From a virus, in the IMG/VR virus record IMGVR_UViG_3300025168_000038, positions 44,144 through 108,143 of that record: a DNA stretch of 64,000 nt. The stretch is one strand, 5' to 3'. The notes under the pieces were generated by a model. It worked only from the letters and a program-made list of their open reading frames with translations, ran no database searches and had not been told where the DNA came from. Below are positions 29,901-41,600 of the stretch, one piece after another; positions within the stretch are counted from its first letter, which is position 1, and each line of letters starts with the position of its first letter. The position numbers were made by a program, and so were the translations under genes.

Positions 29901-32900
29901 TTAATTATTTTTTGATTCTTTGCTTTTTGCTGTATAAGCTGCGTCATTGTTTATTTTTTGCTTAGATAATATACCTAATACATAATCATAATATTCATCA
30001 TAACCCGTTTTGTTTTCTTGCTCACCACCTAATATTGTTGAAATTGGCTCTTGTCTATAACCTTTAGGAAATTTAGTAGCATCAGATTCATAATGATTCA
30101 AATAACCATTTACATTTATTCTACCACCAACTTTCTGGAAACTAAAAGAACCGTGTCCAGCATTACCTGCAAAATATGGTGCAGCATAAGCAGATGGATC
30201 AATTGTAAGTATGTTATTATTTGTGCTAGCAATTCTTTTCTCTAATGTAGTATTACTTTGTGTAACATCATAACCTAATGGGTTTGCTTTTATAGTAGAG
30301 CTTCTAGGAAATATATATGTAAATCCTGATCTTAAAACTTCAGTTACATCACTTGCATCCACATCTGCAGGATAAACTGAATTATCTTTATCTGTTAATG
30401 CTTTTATTAACTCTTGAGAAAAATTACTTAATTCATATGCAGCGTAAGGTTCATTTTGTAGTTCACCTGTCTTATCTCTTATCTCTGGACCATAGCTATC
30501 ATAAAAAGTTAATCTCATTGCTAGTTTATCTGCACCTAAGCTTTGTTCATTTGTTATTCTATCATAAATATACATAGCAGCTTTACTTTTAGTGCTTGAT
30601 ACATCCATAGCATCAGCTGTTAAAATATCTACAAAATCATCACTGTCTTCTGAACCTATTGTTGTACCTATAAAACCATAGTTACCACTTCCGCTTGCTT
30701 TATTAGAATTAATTTGTGCATAAAAATCACCTAAAAATTTATTTTGTGTTGATCCAGCTTTTGGTGCCAATGTTAAGTCTGATGAGTTTGCTACATCAAA
30801 TCTTATATTACTAGCTGGTATAGCACCCAGTCCTTGACTGTTATTCATAAATGTTCTAGAAGGAGTAGTTGACATTAATTTGTTTATGTCTGCTTTAAAT
30901 CTTTTATATATTTTTCCTAAATTCTTATCTAATTGATTTTCATCAAAAGCAGTTACAAACTTATATGGACTAGAAAACTTATCATTACCATATCTAGACA
31001 TCATGTCCAATTCATCTTGTGACTTTAACACTTGTTTGGTAGTCATTAAATCATCATTATTGAAAATACCATAAAAGTCAATTGTTTTATTTGGGTCTAT
31101 ATCACCTGATTGAATACGTGCCATGTTAGCATCCTTAAACTGCTCCTCAGTCATAATGCTTTTAGAATCATTGTCTATTGGAAAAATATATCCATTCTCT
31201 AGTAATAAATGAATATTTTTTTCTGCAGGAGTAAGGTCCTTTTTATTAGTATTTGATAAAGCAAGTTCAATTAATCTTGCTTTGTCATATTGATCTTTCA
31301 TAGCTAGATCTACAGCAGTATTATAAAGTTCAATCTGTGTTGATAAACCAGGAGTTGTTATGCTTGTTCCACTATTAAATAGTTTATTACTTATAGACAT
31401 AAATGGACTATTAGGAGATGTATCAATACCATTTGCATGTGCACCTGTTGCATCAGTATAATATTTTTGTAAATCACCAAATAAAGATTCTATACCGTTT
31501 GCATATTGATAATTGTCTGTTTCTAATTGATCATCATCTAATTGTCTATTGCTTAATTTTTTAACAACATCTTGTAAGTTAGCGGTGTAATAATCTTCTG
31601 GTTGATTTGGATCAGGGTTTTCAACTAAAGGAACAGTATAAAAACCAGGTCTATCAGGAACATCATATAAACCAGAACCTGCTATCATCTCTTCTAACAT
31701 ACCTAAACGTTCAGTTAAAAGTTCATTACCACGTTCTTGTATTGCAATGACGTCCATTTCAAGTGGGTTGTCTGTTCCAACAAAATTATTATTTTTATCT
31801 ACAGCAAAAGTTGCACCAAGACCTTTTACATCTTGTACAGTGTTTCTCATCTGTTGTGCATAATCTATTCCTCCAAGTTCCATTAGTTTTAAGGATTGAT
31901 CTCTTTTATACTTTATAGTAGCTGCATCAGCATCTATTTCGGCTTTTTGTACTTGTAGATTCCATTTATTTGTATACTTAAGATTTTCTAATTCAAAGTT
32001 ATTTTGTTCTTGAGTCACTTCCATCTCTCTCATACTAAATTGTCTAGCAGCTTTACGTACATCTGTATCAATATTGTAATTAGATAAAAGAGCCATTGCT
32101 TTATTAAACAATGCTTCATCATCAGGATCAGATGTAGCAGCAAACTGATTAAGTTTAAATAGCCTATCTAAATCAATCTTCATTCTTTCTGCATCACTCA
32201 AGTTTTGATTTTTAATATTCTCATCTAAACTGCCAGGAACTATACCATGATTAGCTGCATAATTATCCCAGTTTACATTTACTTCATTTTGCTTTCTTAA
32301 TTCATATTCTTTTTTTGTTTGGTATTCAAGATTCTTGTTTTCTATTCTAGAAATTTGTTCTGAAGCCCAAGCATTTAGCCCTTCTTGTTCTGTTGCAAAC
32401 ACACCTTTGCCAACCATAGTTTCAGCAAAGTCATAAGCTTGTACGTAAGACTTAGCATTATAAAACTTTTGCACTCTTGGATCATCTATTAAAGCAGACA
32501 TAATCTGTTCATAAGCAGGTCCTTCTACTAAGCTTCCATTTTTTTGTGTTATTATAAAATTCTTATCTTCCATTAGGATAGGGTTTCCTTGTCCATCTAC
32601 TTTACCTGTATCTTTGATGTTTGGTATAGGTAAAGATATAGTTAATCCAGGATCTAATTCTGATAAATATTTTTGTGCATTTTGCACTAAATCAGCATCT
32701 AAAATTAATTCAGGAAGCGGTTGACTTTGTAATTCACCTCTTCCAGCTTCCATAAACTTTCTTCTATCTATTTCAAGTTTACGTAAACTTACTTCACTAT
32801 TTGCTAACTCTCTTGTTTCTTGATTATTACTTGATGCTAAATTCTGGTATTTTTTTATAGCATCATTATATGATCCAGTCCATACCATATCATACACTAC

Positions 32901-33212
32901 TTCATCATCCTCAAAAAATGGTGCAAATGCTGACTTAGCAGCTTGTACATTTTGTTCTAAAGAAAGATCCATACCAGATATTTTTTCTAGTGATGGTCCT
33001 AATTTTTCAGCATATTGTCTTTGATACTCTAAGCTGTTTGGGTTAGTAAGTGGTGAATATACAACTTTATTATATAAATCATTCTGTGCTTTCCACCCTG
33101 CATCATATTTAGCCTGACGTGCATCTAATGTAGCAGACAAAAATTTATAGTCTGGTGTAAATGGTTTTATGTCTGGGTAAAAATTCTTTTGTCCTTTAAT
33201 GTATGTTGCCAT
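29901..33212 (-). CDS. Putative ejected virion cargo protein (1103 aa)
   Basis: Large helical/coiled-coil ORF directly upstream of vRNAP; position matches crAss cargo genes. Confidence 0.55.
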   Translation of the reverse strand: MATYIKGQKNFYPDIKPFTPDYKFLSATLDARQAKYDAGWKAQNDLYNKVVYSPLTNPNSLEYQRQYAEKLGPSLEKISGMDLSLEQNVQAAKSAFAPFFEDDEVVYDMVWTGSYNDAIKKYQNLASSNNQETRELANSEVSLRKLEIDRRKFMEAGRGELQSQPLPELILDADLVQNAQKYLSELDPGLTISLPIPNIKDTGKVDGQGNPILMEDKNFIITQKNGSLVEGPAYEQIMSALIDDPRVQKFYNAKSYVQAYDFAETMVGKGVFATEQEGLNAWASEQISRIENKNLEYQTKKEYELRKQNEVNVNWDNYAANHGIVPGSLDENIKNQNLSDAERMKIDLDRLFKLNQFAATSDPDDEALFNKAMALLSNYNIDTDVRKAARQFSMREMEVTQEQNNFELENLKYTNKWNLQVQKAEIDADAATIKYKRDQSLKLMELGGIDYAQQMRNTVQDVKGLGATFAVDKNNNFVGTDNPLEMDVIAIQERGNELLTERLGMLEEMIAGSGLYDVPDRPGFYTVPLVENPDPNQPEDYYTANLQDVVKKLSNRQLDDDQLETDNYQYANGIESLFGDLQKYYTDATGAHANGIDTSPNSPFMSISNKLFNSGTSITTPGLSTQIELYNTAVDLAMKDQYDKARLIELALSNTNKKDLTPAEKNIHLLLENGYIFPIDNDSKSIMTEEQFKDANMARIQSGDIDPNKTIDFYGIFNNDDLMTTKQVLKSQDELDMMSRYGNDKFSSPYKFVTAFDENQLDKNLGKIYKRFKADINKLMSTTPSRTFMNNSQGLGAIPASNIRFDVANSSDLTLAPKAGSTQNKFLGDFYAQINSNKASGSGNYGFIGTTIGSEDSDDFVDILTADAMDVSSTKSKAAMYIYDRITNEQSLGADKLAMRLTFYDSYGPEIRDKTGELQNEPYAAYELSNFSQELIKALTDKDNSVYPADVDASDVTEVLRSGFTYIFPRSSTIKANPLGYDVTQSNTTLEKRIASTNNNILTIDPSAYAAPYFAGNAGHGSFSFQKVGGRINVNGYLNHYESDATKFPKGYRQEPISTILGGEQENKTGYDEYYDYVLGILSKQKINNDAAYTAKSKESKNN

Positions 33213-33216
33213 AATT

Positions 33217-33224
33217 CAAAATTA
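33217..33224 (-). promoter_or_regulatory. TAnnTTTG (-7) element 4 nt upstream of ATG
   Basis: Minus strand TAATTTTG-aatt-ATG. Confidence 0.4.
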
Positions 33225-33271
33225 ATATAATTTATTAAGTTTACTAATATTAGTTAATAAACCTTTATTGT

Positions 33272-36076
33272 TTAACGCCCCATCTTTCCTACTGTCATCC
33301 AGTATGGGTATGCTGTACGTTTAAGTTTAGTCATGCCTCCTTTTTTTGCAGTAGGTTGATTCACATCTGTTCTTACGCTTGGTACATTATATTGCTCAAA
33401 AGGATTATCATCATCTTTATTTGCATTCTTCTTACTATTCTCTCCCATAATAAGTTGTATATAATCTATTTTATTTTTTTCATCTTTTACTCCTTGTTCA
33501 TCTGCTTTGTTCCATAACCTAAGTACTTCCTCTTCTCTTTTCTCACTTTCAGTTCTTTGATCTGTTTTTGCATTTGGATTATTAGTAGAATCAGTAAATG
33601 TATTTAAACCATATAGTTCAGGTCTAATTTGGAATTCAGGAGATTTGGTTTTATTAAGGTTAGAAGTATTGGCCATATTAGTTTGCATAGTGTTCCACAA
33701 CTCATTACTTTTAATAGTATCCCAGTTCTTAAAGTCAGTAAACCTTTGTAAAGCTAAATTAGTACCTTCATCTTGTAACTCTCTTTGTTTCATATTAAAC
33801 TGATTGTTTCTCATGTTTAAATCAGCATTTACTCTTCCAGCTTGATTAATAATGTTAATGTTATTTGTATTAGTCTTATTAATAGCATCCTCACTTAAAG
33901 CTACAGCTTTACCAAAGTCTGATCCAGCTACTGCACCTCTACCAAAAGCTTTCATAGCATCTAGCTTAGAATTTAAAGCTGCATTAATATTATTTACTTT
34001 ACCTGTCCAGTCATCTAAAGCTATATCTAATTGTACTGGTGGTGCTTGTCCTAATACTGGTAATATTAAAGGATTATCTAATCTATTTTGTGCTGCTATA
34101 TTATTAACATCTTGCATCCATGGCATAGGTCTTTCAGGAACAAATTCATCATTTAATTTAGGATCTGGAGTATCAGCAGGATCATCTAATGAACCAATTA
34201 TAGTATTAGCTTGAGGATTAGCAAGATACCTTCTGTCTATATTATATGTATGTAAACCTAATACACCATCTATATTAGTTCCCCCTCTATCACCAGCAAA
34301 TAAATTTCTAGGTTCTAAACCATGTTTTTCAGAAAACTCATTATCTAACCTTTGCATATTTTCTTGAACAGTAGTCCATTGTTTTGTATACGCTGGATTT
34401 TTTCTTCCTGCTGCTCTATCTGCTTCATTCAAATATAAAGGTGTATTATAATCAAAACCTTCTTCAGGTATAGCATCACCCCATCTTAATTCAAAATCTT
34501 CTTGAAACTTTGGGTCAGATAAATCTGCACCTGCGCTCATTTGTCCTGCAGAACTCTGTTGCTCAGGTCTATTACCTCCAGAAGCTATACCTCTTCTTAC
34601 TTTAACTTGTGGATAACCCTCTAACGTAGCTATAACTTCATTATCATTATCTGTATATATAGGAGTTTCACCTGTTCCAGAAGTAGTTACTGTTACTTGT
34701 TGTGATTCTTTAATTTCATCTAATGGATTTGGTTCCTTTTCAACTAATGTAAACTCTCTTCTTTTTTTAACAGCATCATAATATTCATTTATACTTATAA
34801 CATTGCCTCTATCTATAGCATCTGCAAACTGTTGATAATTAGGGTGTCCTTCTGGAAAAGGGTTATCATCCTTACCATATACTTTAACATCTTCTGTTTC
34901 ATTAACAACTACATTATTACCATTCTCAGTAACCTCTTCCTCTATACTTTCTCTTATAGATAAATCTCCTTGAAATCTTTCTTTATTAATTTCAAAATCT
35001 AATGGATCATAATCTTTTATATCTATTAAAGCTTTACCATATAAAAGCTTTTCTTCATCAGTTAACATTTCAACAAATTTTTGATCAACTTTACCTTGCA
35101 TATTTATATGCATACCTCCTCTAATTCTACCTTCTATATATTGTTCTCTGCTTACATTTTGTCCATTAAGCTTATAATTTGTAGTTTTCTCATTATTACC
35201 TTCTTGAGCTTTATCTAATTCAGTACCATACATTGCCATTTGTTCTACTGGTCCTACATTACCTTGTGGATTGCCTTCTTGTGGTTGTTCTTGATCTTGC
35301 ATCTGAGCCATCATCTCTTGTAGCATAATTACTTGTGCTTGTTGTTCCGGAGGTAAACTAGCTATTGCATTTAGCTCTGCTTGTTTTTTAGTAATGTCTT
35401 CTACTTGTGCAGTAAATTTAATAGGGTCTATACCCTTTTCAGTTAAATAAGGATATGCGGCTAAAGGTACACCTTCTTCAAAATTCTTTTTAAGTTCTTG
35501 ACCAAATGCTAATTTAGACAAGTTACCCATATTCTTTTTAAGCATAAGCTCAGCACTTGTAGTAGATATATCATCTGCATACTGATCATTAATAGCTGCT
35601 AAATATGGATTGAGCTGATACTTTTTAGATATGTTAGCTGGTGTTTTTCTTTTTCCTGTCTCTATACCAAACTCAGCCATCTCATCTTTATTAAACTTCA
35701 TTTTGTTTGTATCTGAATAAATAAATGATTGTTCTGGTAAAAACATAGGCACGCCTCCACCTGTATGTCTTGGTCCATTAATATCATATAAACCAAACTG
35801 ACCATTACTATTTAAATCAGCCAATACTGTTTCTCCACCTTCTGCTTCAACATTAGCATCTTCTCTTGGTACACCTGTTAAACTATATCTAACATCACTA
35901 TCTAAACTATTATTAAAATTAGTAGATCCATAATACTCTTGAGGAGTTGTAACTAAACCATAATCAGCTTGATCTCCTGTAACATACCCACCATCTTTTT
36001 TAACTTCAGTTTTTTTAAGTTTTCCATCAACTAATTCAAAACCATCAGGTAATTTATTTATCTTTATTTTTGCCAT
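33272..36076 (-). CDS. Putative cargo protein (934 aa)
   Basis: NVEAEGGET...GPRHTGGGVP domain; KKDGG, KAQEG, AKKGG motifs; Gln/Asn-rich coiled C-terminal half. Confidence 0.6.
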   Translation of the reverse strand: MAKIKINKLPDGFELVDGKLKKTEVKKDGGYVTGDQADYGLVTTPQEYYGSTNFNNSLDSDVRYSLTGVPREDANVEAEGGETVLADLNSNGQFGLYDINGPRHTGGGVPMFLPEQSFIYSDTNKMKFNKDEMAEFGIETGKRKTPANISKKYQLNPYLAAINDQYADDISTTSAELMLKKNMGNLSKLAFGQELKKNFEEGVPLAAYPYLTEKGIDPIKFTAQVEDITKKQAELNAIASLPPEQQAQVIMLQEMMAQMQDQEQPQEGNPQGNVGPVEQMAMYGTELDKAQEGNNEKTTNYKLNGQNVSREQYIEGRIRGGMHINMQGKVDQKFVEMLTDEEKLLYGKALIDIKDYDPLDFEINKERFQGDLSIRESIEEEVTENGNNVVVNETEDVKVYGKDDNPFPEGHPNYQQFADAIDRGNVISINEYYDAVKKRREFTLVEKEPNPLDEIKESQQVTVTTSGTGETPIYTDNDNEVIATLEGYPQVKVRRGIASGGNRPEQQSSAGQMSAGADLSDPKFQEDFELRWGDAIPEEGFDYNTPLYLNEADRAAGRKNPAYTKQWTTVQENMQRLDNEFSEKHGLEPRNLFAGDRGGTNIDGVLGLHTYNIDRRYLANPQANTIIGSLDDPADTPDPKLNDEFVPERPMPWMQDVNNIAAQNRLDNPLILPVLGQAPPVQLDIALDDWTGKVNNINAALNSKLDAMKAFGRGAVAGSDFGKAVALSEDAINKTNTNNINIINQAGRVNADLNMRNNQFNMKQRELQDEGTNLALQRFTDFKNWDTIKSNELWNTMQTNMANTSNLNKTKSPEFQIRPELYGLNTFTDSTNNPNAKTDQRTESEKREEEVLRLWNKADEQGVKDEKNKIDYIQLIMGENSKKNANKDDDNPFEQYNVPSVRTDVNQPTAKKGGMTKLKRTAYPYWMTVGKMGR

Positions 36077-36078
36077 AA

Positions 36079-38604
36079 TTATAAAATTTCTATATCAGCT
36101 CCTGCTGCTATTAATTGTATTAGTAAGTCCTGATCTACATCCATTATATCTCCACCCATTTGATTTTTTGGTATGGTCATAAATGATACACCACTCATGT
36201 TAAAAGGATCATTAGGTATAATATCAAAAATATTATTGTAATCTACATTACCATCAAATCCGGCATCATACATTTTATTATTAAGTGCACGTCTTCTACC
36301 TGCAGGATTTGGGGAATAAGACCCACTACTAATAATAGTGTCATTATCACTATTGAAACCATGATTTTTTATCATATTTTCAATAATACTTTTTGTTTCT
36401 TTCTTGCTAAAATTACCACCTGCATTATTAAATGCTTTTTTATACTCTTTATTACCATCTTCTGCTTTAGCCATTTCTCTTTTAATAACTCTATCTCTGT
36501 TTGCTAAGTATGCTGCCTCACCACCTTCTTTTGCTTTATCTTGTTCAGCTATTGCTGCTTTGATAACTCTATCTCTATTAGCTAAATAGCTTTCTTCACC
36601 GCCACTAGCCATATTGCTAAGTATATTATGCTGTGCTTCTGGTGGTAAAGCTTTAAATCCATCATTGTTCACTCCTCCTCCTTTTTTACTAAACTGAGTT
36701 GTCATAAAAGGATTAAACGTAGCTTCATCTAAACCTACTACTCTGTCCTTTGTACTTCTTAACATGCCTGTATTTGTTTTGTAGTTACCTTTTGAACCAG
36801 GAGCATCAGTTACAACACTTGCCCAATTGTCTGCCATAAACATATCTTGCCTGTCTTCCTTGGCTTTTTCTTGATTTATTCTATTATAAATATTATCATT
36901 AGCAAAACTAGCAGCATCTACACCTACTTTTGATAAACTTGTTCCTATTCTAAAAAATGGATTGTCACCTATTTCAGTTAACATTCCAGCTAAGCTATTT
37001 GTCCTTTCTGATTCAGGCATATTTATTTTGCTATATACATCAGCTGCTGTTTGTACATTATTTACAGCTCCTTCTGTTGACGCATCTGCAATAACTGGAT
37101 CTACTTCTTCCATTCCTTCTGCATTAGAAGTGGTGTAGTTAGCCATATCAAAAGGAGTTCCGTCAGAAAGAAATTCTAAAACTTCACTTTCTTCTTCTGT
37201 AAAAGGACCTCCGCCCCCTTCTTGTAATTTTGGATATGTTTTATTATAAGATTCTAAATATTGATCATATAATTTTTGATTAAAATCACTACCCATCATT
37301 TTATTATTTTTGTCTAAACCAATAGATTGAAAATATGATTCTTGATCCATCAACTCTGGAACTATACCTGATGCTTCAGAAATATTATTATCATAATCAG
37401 ATTTTAATTTTCTTTGTTTTTCTTCTTCTTCAGCTAATGTTAAAGCTTTGTAATCTTCTATATTCTTAAGATTTTCATCTGATAAATCATATGTTGTTTT
37501 TTTACCATAGTATAAAGGACTAGCAGTACTAGCATAATCTACTTTATCTTTTAATCCGGCAAAAGCACCTTTTTTTAAATTATTCTCACCAACCTCTTTA
37601 CTAAATAACTCTTGGTTTATATCACTAGCTAAACCTAAACCTTCTAATAGTATATTACCTTCAGGGTTTATATTTTGAAAAAAGTCTCCCATGTTATAAC
37701 TATTATTAGCCACAGGTTTAGAATACTGCGTTGGATTATCTATAAACATTCCAATTTCATCTCCTGTTGCTTTACTACCATACCACTCCATAAAACTTCT
37801 TGGCTCACCACCATAATCTCTAAACCTTGAGTCTAAAGTATATTTTCTGTTAGGAGGATTATAAGAGCCTTCTCTTTGTCTTACACCTTCTGTATAATCC
37901 ATTCCTCCTCCATTTCCAGCAAGATGGATATAACCCTTTTCACCTAATTCAAGATGTTGGTCATGTGTCATAGCCATTACACCATCATCTCCTTTATACA
38001 TCATGTGTGGTTTAAACTCACCACCCTCTTCTTTTTTCCAACCAGCTGCATTCTTTGCAAAATTAGCCATCTTAACTACAGACGTAGGGTATGCATCAGT
38101 ATTGTCCATAACTTTATTATATGCTTCTGAAACACTCATACCACGTGCTTTAGCCCATCTAGTAAACTTACCTCTATTCTCTGGTTCAATTTCTATTCCT
38201 GATTTAGCAAAACCAGGTATTGTATCTTGTTTAGGTTTACTGCTTTCTAATGCTTCATTTCTAGCTAAAAGCTGAGGACTAGAATTAACTTCTTCTGGAC
38301 TAGATGGCCCAGGAGGTTGTGCTTTTACACTTACTTGTTGAAACAAAGTCATTATATCTTCTTGTTGCATACCACCCATCATAAGTGCTTGTGCAATAAC
38401 TTGTTGATCAACTTGTTGTTGTGAAAGTTCTAAGACTATATCAACTATATCCTTACCTTGATTTACTGAAGAAGATATTATTTCTGTAACTTGTTGAATC
38501 ATAGGATCCACTACAGGCTGCTGATTACTCATAGCTGGTTGACTAGGAATCATTGCACCGCCTTGTTGTTTTACACTTTTTTTGTTTAATTTCACTTTGC
38601 TCAT
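36079..38604 (-). CDS. Putative cargo polyprotein (841 aa) of short modules
   Basis: About 11 xxxG(G) motifs separating short segments; internal duplication YLANRDRVIK. Confidence 0.6.
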   Translation of the reverse strand: MSKVKLNKKSVKQQGGAMIPSQPAMSNQQPVVDPMIQQVTEIISSSVNQGKDIVDIVLELSQQQVDQQVIAQALMMGGMQQEDIMTLFQQVSVKAQPPGPSSPEEVNSSPQLLARNEALESSKPKQDTIPGFAKSGIEIEPENRGKFTRWAKARGMSVSEAYNKVMDNTDAYPTSVVKMANFAKNAAGWKKEEGGEFKPHMMYKGDDGVMAMTHDQHLELGEKGYIHLAGNGGGMDYTEGVRQREGSYNPPNRKYTLDSRFRDYGGEPRSFMEWYGSKATGDEIGMFIDNPTQYSKPVANNSYNMGDFFQNINPEGNILLEGLGLASDINQELFSKEVGENNLKKGAFAGLKDKVDYASTASPLYYGKKTTYDLSDENLKNIEDYKALTLAEEEEKQRKLKSDYDNNISEASGIVPELMDQESYFQSIGLDKNNKMMGSDFNQKLYDQYLESYNKTYPKLQEGGGGPFTEEESEVLEFLSDGTPFDMANYTTSNAEGMEEVDPVIADASTEGAVNNVQTAADVYSKINMPESERTNSLAGMLTEIGDNPFFRIGTSLSKVGVDAASFANDNIYNRINQEKAKEDRQDMFMADNWASVVTDAPGSKGNYKTNTGMLRSTKDRVVGLDEATFNPFMTTQFSKKGGGVNNDGFKALPPEAQHNILSNMASGGEESYLANRDRVIKAAIAEQDKAKEGGEAAYLANRDRVIKREMAKAEDGNKEYKKAFNNAGGNFSKKETKSIIENMIKNHGFNSDNDTIISSGSYSPNPAGRRRALNNKMYDAGFDGNVDYNNIFDIIPNDPFNMSGVSFMTIPKNQMGGDIMDVDQDLLIQLIAAGADIEIL

Positions 38605-38611
38605 ATTATAT

Positions 38612-38627
38612 TATTAATATACAAATA
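38612..38627 (-). promoter_or_regulatory. Phage promoter motif copy
   Basis: TATTAATATACAAATA just upstream of the 841-aa gene ATG. Confidence 0.5.
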
Positions 38628-38667
38628 ATTAAGGAGATTCACTAATATTTAAGGTTTAACAATCATC

Positions 38668-41600
38668 CTAAAGATGCGTCATTATATAGTTTGGTACACT
38701 CATACCCATTCTCCTTGCATCATTTAAATGTATTCTATTTAGTTTATCATATATATTATTGGCTTCCTGACTTTTTACTTTTCCGTTAATATAGTTCTTA
38801 TAAGTATTTAACATCTCTGACTCACCACCTTTTTTATATGGTAGTAAATCTTCTAAACTAAATTGTAAAAAACCTGTTTTACCTAATTCCTTTTTTGCTG
38901 CTTCCATGCTATTTGCAAAACTTTTTCTATTGCCTTTTTTAGAAACATTCTTATGCCCTTTTAACCATACATCTGCCATTGATAATTTACCATCTGCATA
39001 GTCTTTTAATACAGCTGGAGATTCAATTAAATTAGCAAAGAATAATGTATACTGATCTTTTGCACTTAAATCTAGTGCACTTTCTGCATTAAGTATATTT
39101 TCATTAAGTGTATATTTTATTCCTGTTTTTTTACCAGCTGCTTCAGCAACATTTTTATATCTTGTTTTTGCAGTATCAAAAGATTCTGGTTCAAACTGAA
39201 ACATTCCTCTTCCTAAGCCGTCTTTTTCTCCATCTTTGGTAATCTGTCTAGCTAGAGGGTTCATTCTTTGCTGGGGACCAGATTCATGAAAAGCTATATT
39301 ATCAGCTAAATCTGTCCATGTTTTTTCATTACCCCCTCTACTCTCAACCATATAATCTATAATATTAGTAAGACCTAATACTTGATTATTTTTTTTATTT
39401 TGTTCATCTTCACTTACAATAATTTGAGATCTAGAAGGTATAAAACCACCATCTTGTTCTTGTGATAGTGCTGTACTAGCTCCAACAACAGGAATAGCAG
39501 CAGGTAATTTATTTAAAGCTCTAGAAAGAATCTCTCTGTTTTTTGCTGTTTTCTCATATAAATCTAATACTCTTGTGTTACTTAAAAAACCTGAGTTCTT
39601 TCCACCACGATCCCACCCATAATCATAAAAACCTCTAGGTTTATTAGCAAAACTAACTTCAGCTTGTATAAGTTTATTTGGTGTTATCTTATCATAAATA
39701 TTTTTTATAATACCTCTATCTAACATTGATTGTCTTAGTTCAGCTAAATATGATGTAGGTTCCTGACCACTACTTCCTTCTTTAAAATATTCCCATTGAG
39801 CTTTTCCTGTTTTACTTAAATTTGCAGATGGGGTAAGTTTTCTAGCATAATCATCCAAAGGCATTTTTCTTCCTGCTTGTAATAAGTGGTTTAGTTCATG
39901 TACTTCCACAGGTGCATTATTTGAATATTTCATACCTGTAGTCACTTTGCCTGGAATAGATTCTTTGCCTAAACGTTTTAGATTAATTACCATATTTGGG
40001 TCTGCAAGATATTTATTATATAATTCATCTGGAAATGGCATTTCCACTCCTGTTACAGGATCTAAATATTTTTTAGGAACAAAATCACCTGTCTCATATA
40101 CTGCTTTTCTTGGTGCGTTTTGAAACCAAGCGTTAAAATATAATCCATCATTATTCTTAAATAATTCTCTAGCTATATTATGATTAACATGTTTAGGATC
40201 ACCTATTGCATCTTTCCACATTGCTAATGCATTATCATTAATAGTATTTCCTTTAGCTGATACTAACTCGTTATATCTTGCTAATGCATTTCTTTCTGCA
40301 AAAACTTTATTATATGGTTGTCCAACTGATTGAAGATATTTAGCTTCTGCTTCAACTAATCTTTCAAAACCTTCTGAGCCAGGTTTTAAATCATTTAATC
40401 TTTTTTGTATGGTAGCTCTAAAACTATCTGCACCTGCAGCTAACTGTTGTAAAGGCTTTTGTAAATTTGAACCTTCTGGCATAATATCTGCACCACCTCT
40501 ACCTATGTGAGGCGGCCTTACACCTTTAACTGGTGTAATATCATCTAAATTTCTTGGTGTATTACCTGAATATTTTTTTACTTGATCTTTAATAAGACTA
40601 GGTGCTTTAGGGTTTATAAGTTTATTAATCATCTTAGGAAGCTCACCAATTTTAGCTCTAGACAACCAAGCAGGTATAACAGGTATAGCACCTAAAGCAT
40701 TTAATGAACCTGATAAAATTTCACCTTCTTCAAAATCTCTTTTAGAATTTTCAGCATACTGTGCCCATGCAAATGGGTTAAAAACATCAACAAGCATATC
40801 TAAATTATTTCTTTCAGGATTAGAAACATTTAATCCTTTAGGAATAGGTTCATTACGTGCACTATAACCAAATGCTGTAAAAGGGCTAGCTAATTTATCA
40901 GCAAAATTTTTGTAATCAAAAATCTCTTTTTGAAATAAATTCTCATCACCTTGTCTAAACTCATATCCTTGTTGAGCCATTACAGGTTGATTAGGATTAT
41001 TTTCTTGTACTAACTCATTAAAGTATATTTTCATTTTTCTTTCTACTTCAGGTCTTAAATCATTTATATCATTTTCAAGTCCTTTTCTATAATCAATAAT
41101 TGATTTTTGATCAGCTATATTTTGTATATTATCAACACCTTCAACAAACTCTAATGCTTTATTATATTTTTTACCTCTTTTTGTTTTACTATTTTTAAGT
41201 AAATATTTAGCATTTTGATAAGGTGATTTATCTCCATAAGGACCATCCTCAAATGAATATCTTTTATTATCCTGTAACCATGAATCATAAAAAGAATCTT
41301 GTTCATCAAAAGTACTAACATTATATCCTTCATCATATACATCTCTTAGTTTACGCTTATTATCATTTTTATCAAAGTTCTTTAAATCATTCATCATACC
41401 TTTAAGATTGCTAAACTCCATACTTTGAAAATGCAATTGTGCCTCACTATTATTTGGTACTAATTTTTCATTAGTATTCAACATTTTTTCAAACTGACTT
41501 GAGCCAAATTTTTCTTTATTATAATCCCAAATTCCTTCATCTAATAATCTACCTTCTGTTTCTGCTTTAGCTGAGCTTATTTCTGCAGGCATACCAGCAT

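Noticed and set aside
41151-41342. 63-aa minus-strand ORF (and the similar 57413-57610 ORF)
   Set aside because: Nested out of frame within better-supported genes.
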